Shown one piece after another: positions 1 through 11,543 of a DNA stretch of 64,000 nt; position 1 is the stretch's first letter; each line of letters starts with the position of its first letter. The stretch covers positions 105,524,001-105,588,000 of the forward strand of contig OZ336873.1 in assembly GCA_965287045.1 (NCBI GenBank), written 5' to 3'. This DNA is from Carcharhinus amblyrhynchos. Taxonomy: Eukaryota. The notes below the pieces were generated by a model. It saw nothing but the letters and a program-made list of their open reading frames with translations. It was not told where the DNA came from and made no database searches. The translations under genes and the position numbers were made by a program.

Positions 1-1673
1 TTTGAGTAAAGTGTAAATACACTAAGTTTTTTTTACAATATGTGCTTTGCCTTTCTGTACATTCAAGAACCCTGACTCTCCCGACATTCCTATAGCAAGA
101 TCTTATTTCCCGGTCATTGATTTTAGATAGGAGCTGACTAATGAGCCTCTGTGATTCAACTTGACATCGCCCACTCTCTCAGTTGGTGTCCTCTGGGACC
201 AAGATACTCTACTCCGATTCAAATATTCGATTTATAACAAATGTAAGTCAGACATAAGCCTATTGTTTTATTTATCAGGTACAAGCACCAGTTGATCTGA
301 CTTAACATTCTAGATGAGATGAATGCTGTTTGCTGGACTCCACATCTAAGTTACAACCACATTATCCAATGTGCATATTGTTGGAACTTTCATTTTGTTT
401 GTCACAGTTAGCCACTCTCATTCACAACTTAAAGGTTCCAACAAGAAATGAATGATGCCCCTTAGATTAGACTAACCAAGTTACAGAGGAAGGGCTCACA
501 TAGTTTAGAATCCTTTTCAGTCCTAAAGTCACATTATCTTCATTGCTCCTATACTGAGTACAAAGTTAAGTTTAAAAACCCCAAGATGTGACCCAGATTC
601 TTTGTATGTGATCTTTGCAGTGGTTTCAAGTTTTCTCCACAGTGTTCACCTTTATGGTAAATTCAACTGACCTTTATATCTTTAATATAGTTTACACCTG
701 AATTATTTACTGTTGGGGTGTATGGACATAAAGTGGTAGTCAACAGCATTGCAGTGCAAGTATCTTTAAGGTATTTCCTTGAACTTTACATAGTTGATCT
801 GCATTTTCTCAGCACAGCCAGGTTTTGCATAGCGGTGCTCCCTTTATGACTTCTCACACAGCACTGATGAGCTGGTTAAACAGCCAGTAATTGAGCATAT
901 TGCAGTCAATGACAGCTGGCACTTGTGGTGTGCGCTTGTCTTTCTGGGGTTTTTCAAAATGATTTCCAAATGTGGCTAACTGCTGTATACTGGACCACTA
1001 CTGTGTTTTCTCAGCTTGACGTCTCTTGATCAATATCCAGAATCAGCCAGATTTTAGTCTTTGTAACTATAGATTGGTGTTGAACATCAACGTACACACA
1101 CAACATATTGTGCTTGTTTGCTCTGTAACAGGCAAATGAAACTCTGTTGCCTTGAAGTCCAAGTGAAATATATGTAGCTGCATTTGAGAAATCTAGTTTA
1201 CGGTTCAGGTACAAACATATTTTTATGCAGGCCTGGTACCCTTTAACTATCTAAAACGGAGCTAACAATTTGAGACACATCTTATCAGTATGGTTCATTA
1301 CTTTTCAAGACCAATCTCAAAACTCCTGCAGCCACATATTAAGGATAGTTTTGGCGAAATGGGATGGTGCCTGGAAGTGTGTGGTCATTATGATGCACTT
1401 CTAACTCAAGCCCGTTCAGTATACTACAGGAAGTATGACAAATTTGTACTGACTGCTTATTTGAAGAAGTCTGACAACACCATGCTTACTTGAATGCAGA
1501 CCAGCACTAACAACCTTGTTCATTGGCTACACACATCTACAGTGAGCCTAGAATTGTAACATCTTGGTACCACTTTAAGTTGCTCTGTAAATCTGAAAGG
1601 GGAGGCACTTTGTGGCTAGAACCTGTGCTTGCAGTCCTGAAGGAGGTGTATCTGGACTTGGAAACAGTGAAAT

Positions 1674-3420
1674 ATGGAAAAACATGAGAGAAAGCAGGAT
1701 CTGGAGGTTTCCATGTCGCTACAAAGGGTCTGGAGGTTCCCAGAATAAACACCCAAAAGGCAGCGGGAACAGATAGCCATGAAAGTCAATGACAAACGTC
1801 AAGCCCAGAGGAGCTGGATGCAGTGCTGCAAGGCATCGAATAAGCCCACACAATTGATCAAGGTCACTAAGTGCATCATCAAATGTCATATCGCTCACTG
1901 CCCAACAATCTCTATAAAATAAGGGTTCACTCTGAACAGTCCCTTCTCACACATTTAGCAATGCTGGAAGGCTCACACGCACATCTCACAGCTTGCACTC
2001 ACTGTCAAGTATTCAACCATGGCAGCCACCTCGCCCAAACAGATTGTAGGACACTAACTCCCACATTTCCCTCTTTCTTCCAGGACAGGCAGTACACAAC
2101 TAGAAGCTAACCAAAGTCACGTTGCTGCACGTCTTAATTCCAATGAAGTTAGTGGTGCTGGCCATTGTTGTGATATCCATTGATGAGGTCATGGCCAATA
2201 GTGGATAAAACCATCAAAGATGGCTGCATCCTCAGACATAATCCTCCTTCTCACATCAAAGTCCCCGTTCATTCTGCATTCAGTCTTGAATTATAAGCTG
2301 CAGTTCCCCTCATTCAGCAAAGCACACAGTTCTGTCTTTCTTCTTTCCCAACAGACATAGCATAAGCAGGCAGTGGAGGGGCTGCAGGAAGAGAATGATG
2401 ACAAAGACACAGCATTGTCACTTGATTGCAAAATCATAAGCACCAGCTTAGATACAGACACTGCACACAGCTTGGAGAATAAATTACAGGCAGGAACTGC
2501 ACATGCTGAGACGCCAAGCATCAGCCTGCCACAGCCAGGCCAGAAGCAAATATATTTAAAGGGTTTCAGGTTGCTCACAGGTTCTGCTGCAGAGGATGGG
2601 CACTTTAAAGGGCTAGTGTATAGAAGAATTCCAGTAGGTATGGTCACAAAATACTTGGAACATTGGCAAGCCTGTCAGAAAGCCTGTGGTCAATGTTGAG
2701 GAGTGAGGAGAAGTTCAACACCAAAATCACACCGGGCTCTTTGTAGAGCTCAAAACCCAACCTTTTCACCATGGAAGTGGTAGATCAAAGGGTATAGGAA
2801 CAGAAGTAGGCCATTCGGCCCATCCAATCTGCTCCACCATTCATGACTGATCTGACAAGATAATCTTCAACCCTACATTCCTGCCTTACTCCCTTGATTC
2901 CCTTACTGATTAAAATCTGTCTCTCTCAGCCCTGATCAACTCCAAACCCAAACATGGTGCAGCATCAAATGAATGATGTTGCAGCTTCTGCTGTAGCACA
3001 AACAGCAGTCACCCAACATCTGAGCGCTCAGACTGATGTTATGCAAGGTCAGCTCGCTCCCATGCCAGCTTGGACTTCTGCCATCGTGGTTTACAGAGTG
3101 TCACAGCTGTCCAGAAATTTATCCTCCAGCAGATTACTAGTGTTGTTGTGGCGAGGTTTGTTTTATGGGGAGCCTGTGTTTCTCCCTGAGGGAGACAATG
3201 TTTACATTTCCATGCCTGCCACTCCATCAGTACCCATAATGTTGCCAGTCAGCCAGCAAGTTCAAACAACTGCTCTTGCCGAGAGAGTGCAGCAAGTATT
3301 TGGACCTTCAAGTTTAGAGCAACTCAAGATTATTCTCCAATACTGTCTTCAGCATTCTTCACATTAGCCACTGTGCTAGCACTGCAAAGAAGCATAATGA
3401 CGGGAAAAGGCAGAGGGAAG
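1674..3420 (+). pseudogene. Decayed Myb/SANT-like second gene of the same Harbinger element
   Basis: EVNDKRQAQRSWMQCCKASNKPTQLIK (~1781-1862) resembles the R(T/S)WxQCRKKFNDL trihelix motif. Convergent with the transposase, as in Harbingers. ORFs 2373-2699 and 2954-3367 are probably its remnants. Confidence 0.6.
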
Positions 3421-3589
3421 ACACACATGATTTTACTTATCAATTTGATTTGAAAGAATTATTTTGTGGTGAATTTTACTTTTCCATTATGAACAAAGGA
3501 TGGTGGGCAACGATAGAGAAAAGGTACGGTCTGGAATGTCAACGAATGGGGAATTGAGATTGTAGTTACTTACGTTGGAGTTCCACATG

Positions 3590-5067
3590 GATAGTACAGG
3601 CAGAAAGGGGCTATTGAGGTTGTCCCTTCCTCCTCCTCCTCCTCCTCCGTTTGGTCCTGCTCTTCGGCTGGTTGCTGTATGGAAAGGACTGTCCCCTCAT
3701 AATGGCAGAATGCAGGAGAGAATACTGTAAATCTTGACACCTGCTCTGCTGAGTATTGTAGAGCTCTTCCACAGTGCTCCAGAAAGTGCAGGCATTTGTT
3801 TCAGCACCCAGTGCTCTGTGCTATCCCATTTTATGTGGTAAGATAGTTTTCATTGCATGTGCACAGCCCCACGTGTGATTGGGTTGTGCACCAGAGTTAT
3901 CAGCCTCATTGTCAGTGGTTAACCCTTGTATCCAGGAGCCACCTTGGTGGAAAGGAAAAATAAACAGTAAAAATGGGGACATCAGAGTACTCGCCCAAAA
4001 TGCTCTTGCGTACCGTAAAATGGATCACCAGAAAAAAATGGGAAATAAGAAATATGTGAGAAGCTGGGAAATAGGATGGCATGGTAGCACAGTGGTTCGC
4101 ACTACTAACTCACAGTGCCAGAGTCCCGGGTTCGGTTCCTGCCTTAGGTGATTGTCTGTGTGGAGTTTACACATTCTCCCTGTGTCTGCGGGTGTTTCGG
4201 TTTCCTCCCACACTCCAAAGGTGTCTGGGTTAGGTTGATTGACCATGCTAAATTTCCCCTAATTGTCCGGGGGACTAGCTAGGGTAAATAACATGGGGTT
4301 ACCGGGATAAGGCCTGGGTAGGATTGTTGTCAATGGAGGCTCGACTGGCTGAATCCTTCTTCTGCACTGCAGGAATTTTATGGTGCTTCTATGAAGAACA
4401 CTGATCTGAACTGTTTCTTCCGATTGGGCTTTGATATGTTAGAGTGGCTCAAATGCAGCTGCATGGGAGCTGCTTCAGAATGAAGACATCACAACTGCTG
4501 CCAGGATATTGGGCCCTGATCTGCAAGATATGCTGCCGTTAGTGGCATAGCAACTTACTATTAAGAGAGTGAAACTTTTTGGTTCTGGGAAAGGGTAGAG
4601 CTGCCAGGAAAGCAAAGTTAATGACACTCTATACCATATGAAGTCACGTTCTCACTGTCCCTGGTTGTCTCTGACAAGAGTGAATGAGATACATTTAGCT
4701 CTCTTGAATAGGAAATGACTTCTTCTGTCAAACTGTGAGATGTTGCTAACTGGCATTATCCTGGAATGAACCAGATGGATAAAAATTGATCACTACAGTC
4801 ACCTTGGCGGTGGTCTACCACTGGTAAACCAATCTTTGCCCTGCTCTGATGCTCCATTTGTGGCTTCATTAGGTAACAAATCTTCTTGCTGAATCGTGCC
4901 TTGATCACAAGGTAAGGTAATTGCTCTCGGAACCTTGGGCATATACGACCTCCAGTTCAGAATTCTACTCCTCCTTTCTTGTCCAGCTGCTTATCCTTCA
5001 CTGTGTTGCTTTTGTCATTCTCCCAATCATGCTGTATTTCAAGGGGAATATCAACTAATGAACCCAT
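3590..5067 (-). pseudogene. Decayed PIF/Harbinger (HARBI1-like DDE) transposase
   Basis: Minus-strand fragments KVTVVINFYPSGSFQ (~4760-4810), ILQIRAQYPGSSCDVFILKQ (~4470-4535), WLLxxKG*PL (~3915-3942), GRALQYSAEQVSRF (~3730-3770) and a poly-E tail (3628-3647), in HARBI1 order. Multiple stops and frameshifts; interrupted by a SINE. Confidence 0.85.
4074..4393 (+). mobile_element. HE1-like V-SINE, CR1-type tail (tail A), inserted in the Harbinger transposase
   Basis: tRNA-like head (cagtggtt.gcact...gggttc), V-domain (tgtgtggagttt.cac.ttctccc.gtgtctgcg), tail ...tctgcactg..gga.t.tatg. Confidence 0.85.
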
Positions 5068-5264
5068 GTCTGTGAGCACCTAGCTTGCAAAGAAACTTTC
5101 ACATAAGTAAAAAGAAATCTTTGAGCCCACATCATTTGCTGCAGAAGTTTGAAACTTGAAATACCTACAGAAAGCACTTAATGCATGTAGAATCATAACA
5201 ACAGCCAGATGAAATCAAGGAGTAACTAACCTGTAGGTAGTTGGTGACTTTTACAGAAAGTATT

Positions 5265-5703
5265 CCTTTTGGTGGTTTCACAACTTGATACAGCTCCTGC
5301 TCTGCACAAGACCGCAAGTAACCACAAAAGGTCGTGAATGTAGCCCAATCCATCATGCAAACCAGCCTCCCATCCATTAACTCTGTCTACACTTTCTGCT
5401 GCCTCGGCAAAGGACCCTAATTAAGGACCCTACGCACCCAGGACATTTTCTCTTCCATCTTCTTCCATTGGGTAAAAGATACAAAAGTTTGAGGTCTTCT
5501 TCCCTGCTGCCATCAGACATTTGAATGGATCTACCTTGCATTAAGTTGATCTTTCTCGACATCCTAGCTATAACTGTAACACACCATTCTGCACTGACTC
5601 ATTTCCTTCTCTATGAATAGTATGCTTTGTCTGTATAGTGCGCCAGAAACACTTCTCACTGTATTCTAATACATGTGACAGTAATAAATCAAATCAAATC
5701 AAA
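5265..5703 (+). mobile_element. Rex1/Babar-like LINE 3' fragment
   Basis: Encodes VVNVAQSIMQTSLPSINSVYTFCCLGK...IKDPTHPGHFLFHLLPLGKRYKSLR. Ends in AATAAA followed by (TCAAA)3. Confidence 0.75.
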
Positions 5704-5926
5704 TAGTGCATGTGGGCAGGATGGGAGGTGGAGTCATGCAAATCAGTGTTCTAGGATGATTGACATTTTCATCTTCCATTGGACCTGCACTACGTGCTTG
5801 CTAATGATCTCACCAATGTGGCATTCAGCACAATTCACCCATAAGTATATACATGATGGATGGTCTGCCTGTACATAGATTGCTTGAGGTTGCAGTCCCT
5901 ATTTAGTTATTTGAAGGGGCTGCCCC

Positions 5927-6667
5927 TTAACCTTTTTTAGGAACAGTAATGGATTAGGTAAAGCAAGTCAGATTATTACCATCGAAAAAGTGTTGCATTT
6001 CATCCCTATGTTCCTAAGCTTTGATCATCAACTGTGGAAGGGAAGGCAGGAGGGAAGAGGGCCTCCTTGTGGGTTTGTTTCTGGGTCTAGCCCAGTTAGC
6101 CATTAACAGGTCTGGGCAGCATGCAGTCAAGGGAGTCATCCAACCCGTCTGTCCCTCTACTGTGGCTACATTCACGGCTGGGTGGCCTTGGAGTGGGAGA
6201 ACATGATGTCCACTGGTTTGCTTCAGGCTTTCTGAGACCATTGGGAGCAACGGGGGCTGGGGTGTATCATCACCCCCAAGAATGACACTTCAGTTTAACT
6301 TGTTAAGTTTCTTTTTGAAGCTTTGTTTTAGTTACAGTGCCCCACCAGGGACTGTCACCTGTCATTTTTGCTTAACTTATTGACTTCTTTTAATCTAATA
6401 AAAGAGTATATAATGAACCCCATTTTGGAACTGTGGAGCGCAAGTACTGGACATAAAACAGGCATTAACAAGCACAATTGCTCCTTCATTCTCTTTCCTA
6501 CAATAAGCAGCACTCTAAAAATGAAAGACATTTGTTAAGTAGCCTGCCTAGGAAAACATTTTTGATAAAAAGTAAGGACCTTATGTTACAGAAGGAAACT
6601 TTAACTTTTTTAGGAACAGTAATGGATTAGGTAAAGCAAGTCAGCTTATTACCATCGAAAAAGTGTT
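5927..6667 (+). repeat. 67-68 bp direct repeat pair (5927-5994 and 6601-6667)
   Basis: ttaac(c)ttttttaggaacagtaatggattaggtaaagcaagtcag(a/c)ttattaccatcgaaaaagtgtt occurs twice, differing by one indel and one substitution. Confidence 0.95.
5995..6407 (+). mobile_element. Tx1-like (L1 clade) LINE 3' fragment
   Basis: LLVGLFLGLAQLAINRS...GYIHGWVALE resembles the Tx1 ORF2 C-terminus. T-rich 3' UTR, ending near AATAAAAGAG. Confidence 0.7.
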
Positions 6668-6961
6668 CAGCTTAACTATATTTAATTTACAGAGAACTGG
6701 GAGAAGTGACCATGAGTCAGAATTCAAGAATAGTTCTCTAGAATTCAAGTAGAACTATTCTTGAAATCTAGATACCATGTATTCCAATGGATATAGGTTG
6801 CATGGCTTTGATTTGACAAATTATGCTGCCAACTTTATCTCAGAAATGTGGCTGTCTGGGATGTTTTAGCATTTTCTTTTCTTAAGAGATTTAAGTTGAA
6901 GAGTGACCACTGCAGTATGTGTTTTGCACAATCTGTTTTGGTCTTTACTTAATGGACTTAA

Positions 6962-7287
6962 GGGGTACCACGGAGACACAGCGGTTAGCATTGCTGCCTC
7001 ACAGCACCAGGGACCCAGGTTCAATTCTGGCCTTGGGTGACTCCCTGTGTGGAATTTGCACGTTCTCCCTGTGCCTGCGAGGCTTTCTTCTGGCTTCTCC
7101 TGTTCCCTCCCAAACGCCAAAGGGTTAGGTTGATTGGCCATGCTAAATTGCTCCTTGGTGTCGGGAAAATTAGCAAGGCAAATACATGAGGTTACAGGGA
7201 TAGGGCCTGGTTGGGACTGCTGTCGGTGCAGTCTCAATGGACCAAATGGCCTGCTTCTGTACTGTAAGGATCCTATGATTCTATGAC
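6962..7287 (+). mobile_element. V-SINE, tail A
   Basis: Same head and V-domain; ends ggcctgcttctgtactgtaaggatcctatgattctatga. Confidence 0.85.
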
Positions 7288-8684
7288 TGATCATTTTCAT
7301 CCCTTCCTATCCTGTGTTCATGTATGATTGTCTGCTAAAATTGGCAGTTGAGAATCGTGCCAATTATAGATCAAATGCATGCATAGTTACTTTTGTGTAA
7401 CATTCTGATGAGGGTGTTTCCGTGTTAAAATCAAATTTCGTAGGACAATAGTGTATTCCTCAGTTTACAATAAATGGGTTAGTATGTTATAGTTTTTGTA
7501 TTTGTTTTACTTGATAGTGGAGTTGTTACAGATTTTAAAAGTCTTCAAAATCTAATCCAATGGTTCACAAACTTGGGTTTGTGGACCTTCAGGTGTCTAC
7601 AGGAAGTCCACAAAATAATCAATAATGTTGCTGGGCTCGTGCTGAAGTATTTTACCAACTGTGACAGAGGAACATCTGATATTAACAATAACATGCTCCA
7701 CTATAGTTATTTTCCAATACGACTAAATATACAATGATTTATAATGGTCGGTGCAGAAGGAGGCTCTGACTCCTCAGCATCTTGAGAGCTGTACAGTTGA
7801 TAATTATGTCCTGGTTGCACTATGGTTGAGCAATGGTCAAATAAGAAATAAGCAGCAGCTGGAGCAGGTCTTGCTGTAAGCTGGGAGACAGGAGTGGGCT
7901 GCATCCGCCACAGGTGCAGGATAGACTGGGCTGGCTGTCTCACTGAGGAGAGGAGCATGCATAGATGGGCACTGAGTCACTAATCTCCCCTAACTGCAGG
8001 GATGGGATAAAATGCTCTGTCAGAGAGTCAGTGAGACTCAGTGGGCTGAACAGCATCCTTCTGCACTAAAGGGATTCTGTGATTCTAAGAGTGGCATAAA
8101 CATGCCAGAAGTTTATCAATAACAATGTTTGTGACTCCACCATGCTGCAGCTTTGGAGTGAGACGGGGTATTGCAGTATTCTAGACATTTCATGGGGGGA
8201 AAAAAATACCTATTTTAGATCATAATAGTGTAGACTTTACCGCTGCTGATAATGGGATTAGAATTAAAACATTTGAAGGGAAATCACATTATTAAAACAT
8301 GCTGAACCTTTTCATTGTTTTATGATATTACATTATAATTTTGATGGGAAGGTCTGTTATTACTGATCTATTTGAAAAGAGGCTCTTCAAATAAAATCAT
8401 TTGAGAACTCTGATTCAATGTAATCACCCTTATATCAGTGGAGAAGTATCTTATCCTGAATTTCCAGCACAAATCAACAATGATATGGCATCAAAAGTGA
8501 TGTGTTACTTAGTCGATCCAAAATGCTTATTATTTCTCTTCTGTTTCTGCTGAATAGTGACTTTACTTGATGATTTTATAGTCGTAGAATTACATTTGAC
8601 CAAAAAAACCTGATCCAGAAGAAAAAAATGTAATAATTTATGTTTAAGTAAACAGCGCTCCATATTTATTAAGGGAATTATTGA

Positions 8685-9007
8685 GGCGCAGTGGGTCATG
8701 ACCCTGCCGCTGAGCCAGGAGCTTGGGTTTTGAGTCCCACCCCAGGACTTGATGTCCAAGAAAGATGTGTTCATGACGGGGACAACAGGTTGAGTATCAA
8801 CCTGCAAAATCCTTCCAATACACACTATTGGCTGGCAGTGAGAGTGAGAGAGACTTCTGGCCAACCATGCTTGGTGTGGAGTGGCACCCTCAAGCTATAA
8901 GCCTCTGGCATCAGGGTAGTGACCTGCTCCAGGAAAAAAATCTCGCTATGGAAACAGATGAAAGTCTGCCTTGTGCACCATGAGGTGTGAGAAGATAAAC
9001 AACAACA
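8685..9007 (+). mobile_element. tRNA-derived SINE of a different family
   Basis: A-box/B-box-like head (gcgcagtggg...gggttttgagtccc) and short (AAC)n tail. Confidence 0.5.
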
Positions 9008-9184
9008 TTAATTGCATGGCTGTATGCTCTAAGCCTTATGTTATGCAATCATTCAATAGATTAATATGAAAGCTGACTGTCAATTTGAAAGCCCTGGGAA
9101 AGTATCATCATTCTCTCCGGGCTTAGAAGTATGTTGTATTAAGCCCCACTAAAACATTTGAACACTTATTCATTGCTATCAGTC

Positions 9185-9730
9185 CTGTACAGGACTGAGG
9201 GAGGGCTACCTCTTGGAAGTGCCAACTTTCAAACCAGACATTAAACTGAGGTTCTGTCTGATCTCTAAAGTGATCAGAGTGGCCTCATGGTGTCAGGGAC
9301 CTGGGTTCAATTCCCAGCTTGGGTCACTGTCTGTGTGGATTTTGCATGTTCTCCCTGTGTCTGTGTGGGTTTCTTCTGGGTAGTCTGGTTCCCTCCCACA
9401 TTCTGAAAGATGTGCTGGTTAGGTGCATTGACCTGAACAGGTGCCTGAGTGTGGTGACTAGGGGAATTTTATAGTAACTTCACTGCAGTGTTAATGTAAG
9501 CCGTACTTGTGACTTAAAAATTATAAGAGATTGCATGACATTATTGAAAGAGCAAAAGACTTCTGTCATTGTTCTGGTCAATATTTCTCCCTCAACTAAA
9601 ACCAGCAGAAGAAAGTATCTATTTCATTTCCTGTTAGTTTGCTGTGTGCAAATTGGCTGTGTATGTTGCAGCAGCAATTGTATTTCAGATAATAGTTAAT
9701 TAGCTGTGAAATGTTTCAGAACATCGTAAG
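9185..9730 (+). mobile_element. Old Deu-domain SINE (SacSINE1/AmnSINE1-like), split by a tail-B V-SINE at ~9277-9520
   Basis: actgagggag...ttaaactgagg..ctgtctg on the left; ctggtcaatatttctccctcaac...ttgctgtgtgcaaattggctg on the right of the V-SINE. Confidence 0.65.
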
Positions 9731-10319
9731 AACAGGGAACACTAAAATGCAAAGTTTCTTTTCAGTGATGCGTTTTTTTTAAAACAGGAAACAGGAGGCG
9801 CAGTGGAAACATTGTTCCAAGCATTATAAAATCGATGTTGAAACATACTACAGGAGCCCCAACTCTGTGCAAAGTGTTGGAAACACAACCTTTCAGTCAG
9901 CAAATAAATTAGCGCTTTGCCCACAACCCATTCCTCACAAGTGTAAGGGGCAGAAAAGGCATTTCAATGCAACGAGTAAAAGACAGAGAAATCTAATGCA
10001 TAGAAAAAAGCAAACCTGCCAGGGTGAGTGGAATTGTGTAGCACATCTCACCTCAGTCAAGTACGACTTAACCGGGCAGGAATATTACAGCATTGCAGAC
10101 ATCAAGGGTGTGTGGAGATGTATGGAAGTGGGGAGGGAGATGTGAGGATTTTTGAGTGAGCTGCAAAAAAAATATAATTCTGGATCATTTAGGATGAGCA
10201 AATAGGTGATTCCGCGTTGTTTTTTTTTAAATTCCTGCTTTTTTGGACATTGATGCAAAGGTGTTCCTCAATTTCTATTCCCAAAGAATTTCTCGGGACC
10301 AACTGGGAAGGGAAGGCTC

Positions 10320-10600
10320 CGCCTTCCATTGTAACGTCAGGGTGGGAGGAAGCCAATGGGGTGTAGATATGTAGATTAGGAGGGGTGGCGGTGGTGCGGG
10401 AGTCCCGCCCGCCCGCAGGCACTGTGGATTGGTCGGTGCGGCGGCCGGTGGGAGGTGCGCCTGGCTGGGGCACGGAGGGAGAGGGGGGCCGGCGGCGGCC
10501 GCTGAGTGGATGCGGCAGGCGTCGCTCAGGCGGTGCGGGGCTATCAAGTTGCGGCGGAGCCGGAGACAGAGCTGCAAAGCCGGGGAGAGCTGAGTTCGTG
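10320..10600 (+). promoter_or_regulatory. TATA-less CpG-island promoter of the protocadherin gene
   Basis: Sharp rise in GC and CpG. CRE-like ACGTCA 10334-10339, CCAAT 10353-10357, reverse CCAAT (ATTGG) 10428-10432, GC boxes CCCGCCCGCCCGC 10404-10416. The TSS itself cannot be determined from sequence. Confidence 0.7.
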
Positions 10601-10839
10601 CAGTAGCAGTAGCAGCAGCAGCTCCAACTCAGGACGCACAGATAGACGAGAGAGAGAGAGAGCGAGGAGAGGCGCAAGCTGAGTAGCAACAAAATCCACC
10701 TCCTGCCAACTTCAGCACCCAGACAGCAGCATGTCTCCTCCCGCAAGACACAGCTTGACCTGACTTTTTCCCCCCAGTTCTTCTCTTTTTTTATTGAAGA
10801 AAACAGCGTTTCCCCCAAAAGAGGTGAAAAAGGAGAGAG
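10560..10839 (+). other. Putative non-coding first exon (5' UTR)
   Basis: Lies between the promoter and candidate donors GAG|GTGAAA (10823/4) and GAG|GTGTGT (10839/40). Contains CAG and GA repeats. The start coordinate is a guess. Confidence 0.45.
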
Positions 10840-10876
10840 GTGTGTGTGTGTACGAGCGAAGGGAGGGGAGATAAAT

Positions 10877-11180
10877 GCTTGTTTTAAATGTTTCAGTTTG
10901 GGTGGGAAAAAAGTAATGTCTTGCTTCAAATATTACAGTTCGGGTGGGGGGAAAAAAATAAAAATAATCGCTTTAAATAAAACAGTTTGGGCGAATGAAA
11001 ATAACCTTGCTTTAAATATTACAGTTTGGGTGGGAAAAAATAAAAATAATTGCTTTAAATGTTACAGTTTGGGTGGGAAACGATAAAAAAATAATAGATT
11101 GCTTTCAGTGTTTCGGTTGGTGGGAAAAATAAAATTGTTGGCGTTTAGATCTTTCAATTCGGTTGGGAAAAATAATAACT
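10877..11180 (+). repeat. Degenerate ~37-49 bp minisatellite, ~7 copies, in intron 1
   Basis: Unit approximately TTGCTTTAAATRTTACAGTTTGGGTGGGAAAAAATAAAAATAA, starting near 10877, 10921, 10970, 11007, 11050, 11099 and 11138. Confidence 0.85.
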
Positions 11181-11339
11181 GCTCGTTCTGAAGTGTGCAG
11201 AAGCTCAGATTTTGCATTGCATTGCACTTGGCAGCGCGATCCACTGTTAAAAAGAGTTTGAAATATTCCCCCTCGAAATATTCCTGTAATTTTGCATGTC
11301 TTTATTTTTTTTCTCCCAAATATACTTGTAATTGAAGTT

Positions 11340-11398
11340 TTTAATTAAGTTTTTCTCTCTCTGTTTTTTTTTCCCCCACCCCTCTCTCCTGTTTGCAG
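11340..11398 (+). other. Splice acceptor of the large exon (exon starts 11399)
   Basis: ~45-nt polypyrimidine tract ending tttgcAG at 11397-11398, 145 nt upstream of the ATG. Confidence 0.8.
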
Positions 11399-11543
11399 AA
11401 GTTGCTGCTTTTTTTAAAATTTTTATTTTGGGGAGGGGGTGAGATTGATTTGTGGAGGAGCTGAGCTGCGGTGTTGCTGGAAAAGGGGAGAGAGGGAGAG
11501 AGAGAGATCGCTGCCGCCGCCACCACCACTGCTGCTGCTGCTG

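Noticed and set aside
10189-10929. 246-aa minus ORF over the promoter
   Set aside because: Low-complexity Pro/Ser/Leu translation of the CpG island and microsatellites.
10877-11180. CRISPR-like repeat/spacer appearance
   Set aside because: Eukaryotic intron, degenerate units, no unique spacers and no cas genes.
11439-11543. ORF-track N-terminal extension from GTG 11439
   Set aside because: Non-ATG start running through simple repeats; ATG 11544 gives a sensible signal peptide.
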